From contig CAVVNQ010000011.1 of the NCBI GenBank assembly GCA_963749705.1, positions 63,634-127,633 of the forward strand: a stretch of 64,000 bases of DNA, given 5' to 3'. This stretch comes from an uncultured Chloroflexia bacterium (lineage in GTDB: Bacteria > Chloroflexota > Limnocylindria > Limnocylindrales > CSP1-4). Each line of letters opens with the position of its first letter. The stretch's first letter is position 1. The notes below the pieces were generated by a model, which made no database searches, had not been told where the DNA came from, and saw only the letters and a program-made list of their open reading frames with translations. Position numbers and translations under genes: made by a program. This document shows positions 30,559 through 37,944 of the stretch, one piece after another.

Positions 30559-31272
30559 CTAGCCCAGGGTCGCGAGGAACCGGAACACCGGGACCGCTGC
30601 CGCGAAGCCATCGGCCAGCAGGTCGGGCAGTCCCGGGTCGCACACCTCGGCATCCGCGAGCGGACGCCCGAAGACCACGTCCTTCCAGCGGAACAGGTCG
30701 GCCATCGGATGGTCCTTCGGAAAGCCGGGCGGGATGCGGCGCAGCGCCTCGTGACACCTGACCTCGCCGAACCAGGCGACGAAGCCCGGGTCCTCGAGCG
30801 CCGCTCGCACGCGCTCGGGCTCCACCACCAGGGCCTGTCGGAACGCTCCCAGGCGGTGCTTGTCGGGCCGCCACATGCCGCCGCCAACGAACATCTCGCC
30901 CGGCTGGAAATGGAAGTAGCCACCGCTCCCCCGCTCGGCGGGTGGCGCGGAGTCATCGCCCGCGCCGGCCTGCCCGAGCCACGCGAAGCTCGCCCCGACG
31001 CCGGTCTTGTACGGCGACTTGTCCCTGCTGAAGCGCGTGTCGCGGTAGATGCGGAACGGGGATCGCCTGGGATCCGCGTCGAGGGGGATCCCGCGCGCCG
31101 CGAGCCGCTCCGCGAGCGCCTCGATGAGGGCCGCCATGGGGTCCCGCAGCAGGCGCTCGTAATCGGCCTTGCGCGACTGGAACCACGCGCGGTCGTTGTT
31201 CTGGGCGAGGTCGGCCAGGAACTGGATGGCCTCCGGCGTGAAGCCCGCGAAGGGCGCCGCCGACCCGCTCAT
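30559..31272 (-). CDS. DUF2461 family protein
   Basis: 'FLADLAQNNDRAWF', 'FRIYRDTRFSRDKSPYK'. Confidence 0.93.
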   Translation of the reverse strand: MSGSAAPFAGFTPEAIQFLADLAQNNDRAWFQSRKADYERLLRDPMAALIEALAERLAARGIPLDADPRRSPFRIYRDTRFSRDKSPYKTGVGASFAWLGQAGAGDDSAPPAERGSGGYFHFQPGEMFVGGGMWRPDKHRLGAFRQALVVEPERVRAALEDPGFVAWFGEVRCHEALRRIPPGFPKDHPMADLFRWKDVVFGRPLADAEVCDPGLPDLLADGFAAAVPVFRFLATLG

Positions 31273-31306
31273 CGCGCCGGGCCCCGCGCGCGTCGGGCGG
31301 CGCCGG

Positions 31307-31828
31307 TCACGCCGGCCCGTCCGGGCGGTACGGTGCCTCGTCGTCGAGGGCACCCACGAACTCGGGCAGATCGGTGTGGCCGAGCTGCTGCCGGATCGCG
31401 AGGTTCTCGCCGGTGTGGAACCAGTAGTGGTAGATGGCGCGCTGGAGCATGTTGCCGACCGTGCGCCGCATGGTCCGGCCGTCGCGGACGGGGTGCTCCA
31501 GGAGCGCCCGCGTGGTCAGCGAATCGAGCCATGGATCGGCCGCAGCCGTGATCGCATGCCATGCGTCGAGGACGCGCGAGGGATCGGGGGTGGAACCGGG
31601 GGCGCCGTAGGAGAACTCGCGCTCGATGTCGGGAAACGGCGTCAGGCCCTGGGCCAGGGTCAGGAACTGGCGCTGCTCGTGGGCGCCCAGATGCCCGATG
31701 TTCCAGCTCAGGCAGTTCATCGGCCCCAGGCGGATCCGGGCGTGCGCCTCCGGGACCTCGCGGATGCCGCGCTCGAACTCCGAGCGCGCGAAGCGCAGCT
31801 GGGCGACGAGCGGATGCGGTTCGGCCAT
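31307..31828 (-). CDS. DinB family protein
   Basis: 'MNCLSWNIGHL' and 'YHYWFHTGE' His motifs. Confidence 0.88.
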   Translation of the reverse strand: MAEPHPLVAQLRFARSEFERGIREVPEAHARIRLGPMNCLSWNIGHLGAHEQRQFLTLAQGLTPFPDIEREFSYGAPGSTPDPSRVLDAWHAITAAADPWLDSLTTRALLEHPVRDGRTMRRTVGNMLQRAIYHYWFHTGENLAIRQQLGHTDLPEFVGALDDEAPYRPDGPA

Positions 31829-31908
31829 CGACGTCCTCGCTGCTGTGGCTCCGGGGCGTGGCGTCCAGTCTCCCATCCCTCCGAAGGTGCCGTCGAGCGG
31901 GCGCGATC

Positions 31909-32766
31909 TCAGCCGCCGGCGGCCGCGCCGGGTGCCCGGCCGGCCGCCCGTCGCGCAACCTCGATGAACGGGCGCAGGCGGCTGGTGACCTCCATCTCCG
32001 TGCGCCGGAACGCGGCCAGCCGCTGCTCGTCCGTGCCCTCGACCTCGGACGGGTCGTCGAGCCCCCAGTGGAGCGTGTTGGTCGAGCCCGGGAACACGGG
32101 ACACGTCTCCCGGGCTCGGTCGCAGACCGTGATCACGTAGTCGAACTGCTGGTCGAGGAACTCCGTGATCACCTTGCTGCGGGCCGCCGACCAGTCGATC
32201 CCCTGCTCCGCCAGGACGCGGACCGCGAACGGGTTGACGCGGGTCGCCTCGGTCCCCGCCGAGCTCACCTCGAAATCTGCGCCCCCATGGCGCTTGAGCA
32301 GCGCCTCGGCGATCTGGCTCCTCGCGGAGTTGTGGGTGCACACGAACAGCACGCGGATCGGGGCCACGGACACCTCCCTGCGGGTTGCGCGGCCGGCGGC
32401 CGCGATCGTCATCTGGAGATCCAGCAGCTGGCCCTCGAGCCGGTCCAGGTCGTCGCGCCGCCGGGCGATGACCCGTCGCTGCTCGGCGAGGACCGGCGCC
32501 AGCCCCGCGTCCATGGCGCCGTGCTCGAGGCACAGCCCGGCCAGCCGGCCGGCATCGCCCGGGGCCAGCCCAAGGCTGCGCAGCGCCACGACCAACCGAA
32601 GCCGGGCGAGATCGGCCTCGCCATAGGTGCGGTAGCCGTTGCCGGCCCGGCCGGGACGCGGCAGCACGCCCGACGCCTCGTACCAGCGCACGGCCGACGC
32701 CGCGACGCCGGCGCGACGGGCGAGCTCGGATACGCGCATGCCGCTGCGGCCCGACGTTCCGTCCAT
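31909..32766 (-). CDS. arsC: MerR-family HTH regulator fused to LMW-PTP-type arsenate reductase ArsC
   Basis: N-terminal 'VSELARRAGV...VRWYE..G...NGYR.Y'; C-terminal P-loop CTHNSARS, 'VCDRARETCPVFPG', 'HWGLDDP'. Confidence 0.9.
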   Translation of the reverse strand: MDGTSGRSGMRVSELARRAGVAASAVRWYEASGVLPRPGRAGNGYRTYGEADLARLRLVVALRSLGLAPGDAGRLAGLCLEHGAMDAGLAPVLAEQRRVIARRRDDLDRLEGQLLDLQMTIAAAGRATRREVSVAPIRVLFVCTHNSARSQIAEALLKRHGGADFEVSSAGTEATRVNPFAVRVLAEQGIDWSAARSKVITEFLDQQFDYVITVCDRARETCPVFPGSTNTLHWGLDDPSEVEGTDEQRLAAFRRTEMEVTSRLRPFIEVARRAAGRAPGAAAGG

Positions 32767-32773
32767 GCCGCAC

Positions 32774-32804
32774 AGCGTAGACCTTCAAGTGGCTCGAAGG
32801 TCAA
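32774..32804 (-). promoter_or_regulatory. MerR-type promoter/operator: TTGACC-N19-TACGCT with dyad GACCTTC-N9-GAAGGTC
   Basis: The 19-bp spacer and the dyad between -35 and -10 are MerR-family hallmarks; ATG lies 7 nt after the -10. Confidence 0.85.
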
Positions 32805-32976
32805 GCCGAGCAGCCGATGCCCCCGAGGGCCATCACACGGGTCGTGCGGACGGCCGCCCGCGGACCGGGCCGTCCGGTCCCGCGAACGTGACACCCGGCA
32901 TTGTCGAAACCGGCGACACGGGTGCGATCGTCGAGACGTCGCCCCGATGTCGCGACCCTCCAGGAGCCTGCCCCAG

Positions 32977-33468
32977 ATGCTGTCCCTCCGGGCAACCAGC
33001 AACGATCACAACGCCCGCCTGATGCCCCACGTCGACCAGCTGCGCGTGCTGGCCGAGATGATCGGCGAGGTGGACTGCGAGGCGATCCACGGCGTGTTCG
33101 AGGAGGAGTACCTCATCGTCACGCGGCAGCTCATCCCGCAGATGGAGACGTTCGAGACGCTCCTCTACGGGCAGCTCGAGACGCTCATGGGCGGACGGCA
33201 CTCGATGAAGCCGATGCGCGAGGAGCATCGCGCCATGCGTGGGCTGATCGAGGAGCTCGGCCACTACCGGCAGCACGTCGAGGGATGCCGGCTCACGGGC
33301 GTCGAGGCGCTCGCCCTCCGGCGCGCGCTCTACCGGCTGTACTCGATCCTCAAGGTGCACATCGCGGAGGAGGAGCTGTATGTCGGCGTCCTCGAGCAGC
33401 ACCTGTCCGACGAGCAGAAGGACGCGCTCGCGCACGGGATCGAGCACGCGATGACGCAGCCGCTGTAG
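32977..33468 (+). CDS. Hemerythrin-like domain protein
   Basis: 'MREEH' and 'LKVHIAEEELY'; paralogue of 34107-34601. Alternative start at 32947. Confidence 0.8.
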   Translation: MLSLRATSNDHNARLMPHVDQLRVLAEMIGEVDCEAIHGVFEEEYLIVTRQLIPQMETFETLLYGQLETLMGGRHSMKPMREEHRAMRGLIEELGHYRQHVEGCRLTGVEALALRRALYRLYSILKVHIAEEELYVGVLEQHLSDEQKDALAHGIEHAMTQPL

Positions 33469-33534
33469 CGCGATCGTGGCGGACGGGCCCGGCGGTCGGT
33501 CGCCGACGCGGGGCTCAGGCGCGCGATCTGCGGG

Positions 33535-34044
33535 CTACCGGCGCGGGACGGCCACCCATTCGAGATAGCGGGCGTCGAACTCGGCGATGAGGCGCGCCCG
33601 TTCCTTCATCAGGGCGGCCCATTCGTCAAGCGTGGCGTACCCGGCCGGCGTGAGCTCGTAGTCCCGGCGCGCCGGACCGGTGCCCTCGGTCGACCACGAC
33701 GAGCGCACCTGGCCCGTCTCCTCGAGGTCACGCAGCGTCCGGTAGACCTGGCCGACGTCCACCGGGCCGTTGGTGATCCCCATCTGCCCCAGGTCGCCGA
33801 TGATCGCGTACCCGTGCGCGCCGCCGCCCGCGAGGATCGCGAGCACGAACGGCTCCATCCAGCGGTGGTGCCCGCCCAGCGGCGCCCAGCCGCGGTGGAT
33901 CGGAATGCCGGCCTCGTCGACGCCGGAGGCGATCCCGGGCGTCGTCTCGTCGGATGCGGCCTCACCGGGTCCGGAGGCGGCCTCGTCCTCCTCGACGTCC
34001 GGGATGACGTCGGCGGGTTGCGAAGCACGGCTCGTGGCACCCAT
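33535..34044 (-). CDS. PadR family regulator with acidic N-terminal extension
   Basis: 'AHGYAI', 'GQVYRTLRDLEE.G.V.S.W', 'RRDYELT..G'. Confidence 0.9.
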   Translation of the reverse strand: MGATSRASQPADVIPDVEEDEAASGPGEAASDETTPGIASGVDEAGIPIHRGWAPLGGHHRWMEPFVLAILAGGGAHGYAIIGDLGQMGITNGPVDVGQVYRTLRDLEETGQVRSSWSTEGTGPARRDYELTPAGYATLDEWAALMKERARLIAEFDARYLEWVAVPRR

Positions 34045-34106
34045 ATGCCGCTGGACTATAACCGGAGGATCGCGGCGCGGTCGGGCGACCGGACCGGCCA
34101 CGCGGA

Positions 34107-34601
34107 TCAGGCCTCCGGGACGCCGGGGTGCGCCATCGCCGCCGCCAGGAGCTCGTTGACGTCGGCGGTGACACCCTGCTCGACGAGCCGGATGTACGTC
34201 TCCTCCTCGGCGAGGTGGACCTTGAGCAGCGCGTAGAGCTGGAACACGACGCGCCGCAGCGCGATCGCGCGGCCGAGGGTGACGTGGCGGGTGTCGAGAT
34301 CCGCGGACAGCTTCACGATCTCGGCCACCAGCCGGCGGATCTGGTCGTGCTCGCGGCGCATGGGCGTCATCGAGTGCCGGTTCTGCATCATCCGCTCGAG
34401 CTCGGGGTAGATCGTGGCTTCCGAGGCCGTCACGTGCGGGAGCAGGGTGGTGTTGAGGAACGTGCCCAGCTGCTGGAGCTGCGTCCGCACCTGGTCCGCG
34501 GGTGCGGCCAGCAGCGAGTCGGCGATCTCCGGCATCTGGTTGACGTGGCGCAGGAGTCGCTCATGGTTGTCGTGCGTGACCTGCGGGAGGGTCTGGGTCA
34601 T
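34107..34601 (-). CDS. Hemerythrin-like domain protein
   Basis: H...PHxxxxE..IYP...REH...VHLAEEE diiron pattern; SD GAGGAG. Confidence 0.88.
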   Translation of the reverse strand: MTQTLPQVTHDNHERLLRHVNQMPEIADSLLAAPADQVRTQLQQLGTFLNTTLLPHVTASEATIYPELERMMQNRHSMTPMRREHDQIRRLVAEIVKLSADLDTRHVTLGRAIALRRVVFQLYALLKVHLAEEETYIRLVEQGVTADVNELLAAAMAHPGVPEA

Positions 34602-34673
34602 CGTGGTTCTCCTCGGTGGATCGGGGTCGGCGCGCTCAGCGGGCGGCCGGCATGGGTGCGTCGGCGGCGTCGG

Positions 34674-35879
34674 TCAAGCGGCTTCCTCCTCGGGCTGGTC
34701 AGCCAGCGCGGCGAAGAACAGGGCCACCGGCCGGTAGACCGCGTGGGCCAGCTTCATGAACGGGGCAAGCAGCACGAGCTCCAGGGCGACGGCGACGTGG
34801 ACCAGGAACACCCAGTAGCCCCAGGATGGCGCGCTGGGGAGGTACAGCGCGAGCTCCAGGACGAAGCCCGTGACGCCCGTGACCCACAGCAGGCCGAGGA
34901 GCATCCAGTCGGCGATCGTGGATCGGGTGACCGACCGGTTGGCCTTGCGGTAGCGGTCGAGGATGAGCACCGTGACGCCGTACACGAGCATCAGGCCCGC
35001 GACCGTGCCCAGGAGCCGGACGGGGTACCACAAGGGCACCGGTGTTCCCGTCTCCTTGACGCCGATCAGGGCAAGCCCGTAGTCCAGGCCGGTCGCCGCC
35101 AGCAGCCCGATGAAGCCCCACACGGTGATCGCATGGACGAGGCCGCGACGACGGAACCAGGGCACGTCCGTGGTGTCCGCGTCGCACTCGGCGCGGAACT
35201 GGGCCTGGCCCAGTGACTCGCGGCCGATCGCCACCCAGGCGGCGCGTGCCGATCGGCGGAGGGCGGCCCGGCTGCCGGCAACGGTCCGCAGGCCCACCTG
35301 TTCGCGCCTGGCGATCGCGCGCGCCATGCCGGCGATCCCGGCCAGCCCCGCGAGGACCACCAGGAGCATCACCACGATGCCCGTGTTGTGGATGAGCTCC
35401 TCGGGGATGAACTCGAAGATGGCCAGCGACTGGCCGCTCTGCGGGCCATGCGCGGAGTACATGAACAGGGCGAAGAATGCCGCCAGCAGCACCGCGAGAA
35501 CGACGGCGCCGGCGGGCCGGGTGTACATCGTCCAGGCGATCCGGGTGCGGTCATAGCTCGCGATCGCGTACCGGCGCGCGGCGGCCATGAACTCGCTGGG
35601 GTCGGCCTGCGTCGGGCACGTCTCGGCGCATTCGCCGCACTGGTAGCAGCTCCACAGCTCCTTGCTCGACAGCAGCGCGTCCTTCATGCCCACCTGCGCG
35701 TAGCGGATGATCCGGCGCGGGAACGCGGAGTCCGTCTCGGACAGCGGGCAGCTCGCGGTGCACGTGCCGCAGCTGAAGCAGGCGCTGATGTCCGTGGCGC
35801 CGAAGCGCTGGAGGTCCGAGTAGAGCCCGGTATCCACTCGCGTGGCCGCGGTGGTGACCGGCGGTGCGATGGCGGTCAT
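34674..35879 (-). CDS. QmoC-like subunit: HdrC-type 2x[4Fe-4S] domain fused to a NarI/HdrE-like membrane domain
   Basis: CFSCGTCTASCP and WSCYQCGECAETCP; TM helices carrying His (LVHAI, VHVA, KLAHAVYRP). Confidence 0.85.
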   Translation of the reverse strand: MTAIAPPVTTAATRVDTGLYSDLQRFGATDISACFSCGTCTASCPLSETDSAFPRRIIRYAQVGMKDALLSSKELWSCYQCGECAETCPTQADPSEFMAAARRYAIASYDRTRIAWTMYTRPAGAVVLAVLLAAFFALFMYSAHGPQSGQSLAIFEFIPEELIHNTGIVVMLLVVLAGLAGIAGMARAIARREQVGLRTVAGSRAALRRSARAAWVAIGRESLGQAQFRAECDADTTDVPWFRRRGLVHAITVWGFIGLLAATGLDYGLALIGVKETGTPVPLWYPVRLLGTVAGLMLVYGVTVLILDRYRKANRSVTRSTIADWMLLGLLWVTGVTGFVLELALYLPSAPSWGYWVFLVHVAVALELVLLAPFMKLAHAVYRPVALFFAALADQPEEEAA

Positions 35880-36127
35880 CAGGACACCCGCCCGGTGGGC
35901 TCGTACTGGAAGTAGCCGTCAACCGGCGTGGCCTTGATCTCGGCCAGCCACCCGTAGCGGCGCATGCCCATCACCCAGAACACCACCTCGTGGGTCGGGG
36001 CGTCGATCGCGGCGGCGATCTCGGGAACCGTCATCGGCCCGTCCCGGAGCGCGGCGAGGATGCGACCTCGCATCACCGGCTCGTCGCGAACGACCTCGCG
36101 AACCTCCCTGCCGTTCGGGTTCGTCAT
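35879..36127 (-). CDS. Small winged-helix protein
   Basis: 'ILAALRDGPMTVPEIAAAI...MRRYG...DGYFQY'; translationally coupled on both sides. Confidence 0.8.
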   Translation of the reverse strand: MTNPNGREVREVVRDEPVMRGRILAALRDGPMTVPEIAAAIDAPTHEVVFWVMGMRRYGWLAEIKATPVDGYFQYEPTGRVS

Positions 36128-37944
36128 GCCGGTACCTCCACCAGGCTCTCGATCATCGCGGTGACCTGGGCGTCGGTATAGCCGAGCAGGTCGATGGCGT
36201 TCTCTGGACACATCGGGACGCAGCCTCCGCATCCCTTGCAGCCGGTGGGGCTGATCACGGCGAAGTGCCGGTCACCCTCCTCGGCCATCGAGATCGCGTC
36301 GTACGGGCAGGCCGTGAGGCAGTCGCCGCACGCGGTGCAGGTCGCGGGATCCACGATCGCGACCAGCGGGTCAAGCTCCGTGAACCCCTTCTTGAGCACC
36401 GCGGCGCTCTGGGTCACGGCGGCCAGCCCCGAGGCCACGGACTCCGACGACGTCTTCGGACCCTGGCACGCGCCGGCGATCAGGACGCCGTCGACCACGG
36501 TCTCGACGGGACGGAGCTTGGGGTGGATCTCGTTGAAGAACCCGTCACTGCCCGCGGGCAGCTTGAGCACGTCCACCAGCGCCTGGTTGGCGCGCGGCAC
36601 CATGCCCGTCACGAGCACGACGAGGTCCACGGGCAGCGCGAGCTCCGTGCGCTCGGTCAGCAGGTCGGTGACGGTGACCGTCAGGCCACCATCCTCGCGC
36701 CGTTCGACGGCCGGCGGCGCGTCGTCGCCGAACTTGAGGAACACCGAACCGGCCTTCCGCGCCTCCGTGTACAGCGGCTCGAACTTGCCGTACGTGCGCA
36801 TGTCCCGGTACAGGTGGTACTGGCGGATGGCCGGGTCGAGGCCCGACACCTGGACCGCCGTCTGGACCGTCGCGGCGCAGCAGAACCGCGAGCAGTACGC
36901 GTTGGCGCACCCGGCGGTCCCGCGGCTGCCCACGCAGTACACGTAGGCAACGCTCCGGACGGGCCGCCCGTGCCACGCGAGCGGGCCGCTCGATCCGTCG
37001 ACGAGCTCCTTGAACTCGGGCAGCGTGACGACGCCTTCGATCCCGTAGCCCAGCTCCCCCACCTCGGGCTGGTAGCTGTCGAAGCCGGTGGCGACGACGA
37101 TCGACCCGACGGCGACCTGGATCGTCCCGGCGCCTTCGCCGCCGACCCGGATGGTCGCCTCGTAGTTGCCGAAGCTGCCGCTCTTGCCGACCATCTCCGC
37201 GCCCGTGAGCACGGTGATCGACGGTCGCTTGCGGATCTCGGCGACCAGCGTGGCCACCAGGTCGCGACCCTCACGATCGTGGGGGAACATCGGGCCGAAC
37301 CGGCCGACCCAGCCGCCCAGCTCGACCTCTCGCTCGACGAGCGTGACCCTGAGGCCGATGTCGGCGAGCCCGACCGCGGTGCGCAGGCCCGCGATCCCGC
37401 CGCCGATGACGAGCGTGTGGGGAATGGTGTCGACGACGAGCGGCACGAGCGGCACCGTGTTCCGCGTCCGGGAGATCCCGGCGCGAACGAGCGCGGTGGC
37501 CTTCTCGGTGGCGCCCGCCGGGTCGTCCGTGTGGACCCACGAGCACTGCTCCCGGATGTTGACCTGGGTGTACTCGTAGGGGTTGAGGCCGGCGCGCGAG
37601 GCGACCCCGCGGAACGTGTAGGTATGGAGCTTGGGCGAGCAGGACGCGACGACCAGGCCGTCGAGCGCGTTGCCTTCGATATCGGCAACCATCTCGGTCT
37701 GGGTGGCGTCGGAGCAGGCGAACATCTCGTGCTTCGCGACGACCACGTCGCCGGAATCACGGATGTCCGCGATCACCTTCTCGACATCGACGTAGTCGGA
37801 GATGTTGCCCCCGCAGTGGCACACATAGACGCCGATGCGGCGGCCACCGTCCGGGGACCCGGCACCCTCAACCGACATCTGAGACTCGCTTTCGGACGGA
37901 CGAGGCGACGCTCCTGCGAGCCATCGGCCGGAGGATTCGTTCAT
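36124..37944 (-). CDS. hdrA: HdrA family flavo-iron-sulfur protein
   Basis: IGVYVCHCGGNI, CSPKLH, NIREQCSW, GGGIAG, CVGSR..CSRFCC, C-terminal 2x[4Fe-4S]. Confidence 0.92.
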   Translation of the reverse strand: MNESSGRWLAGASPRPSESESQMSVEGAGSPDGGRRIGVYVCHCGGNISDYVDVEKVIADIRDSGDVVVAKHEMFACSDATQTEMVADIEGNALDGLVVASCSPKLHTYTFRGVASRAGLNPYEYTQVNIREQCSWVHTDDPAGATEKATALVRAGISRTRNTVPLVPLVVDTIPHTLVIGGGIAGLRTAVGLADIGLRVTLVEREVELGGWVGRFGPMFPHDREGRDLVATLVAEIRKRPSITVLTGAEMVGKSGSFGNYEATIRVGGEGAGTIQVAVGSIVVATGFDSYQPEVGELGYGIEGVVTLPEFKELVDGSSGPLAWHGRPVRSVAYVYCVGSRGTAGCANAYCSRFCCAATVQTAVQVSGLDPAIRQYHLYRDMRTYGKFEPLYTEARKAGSVFLKFGDDAPPAVERREDGGLTVTVTDLLTERTELALPVDLVVLVTGMVPRANQALVDVLKLPAGSDGFFNEIHPKLRPVETVVDGVLIAGACQGPKTSSESVASGLAAVTQSAAVLKKGFTELDPLVAIVDPATCTACGDCLTACPYDAISMAEEGDRHFAVISPTGCKGCGGCVPMCPENAIDLLGYTDAQVTAMIESLVEVPA

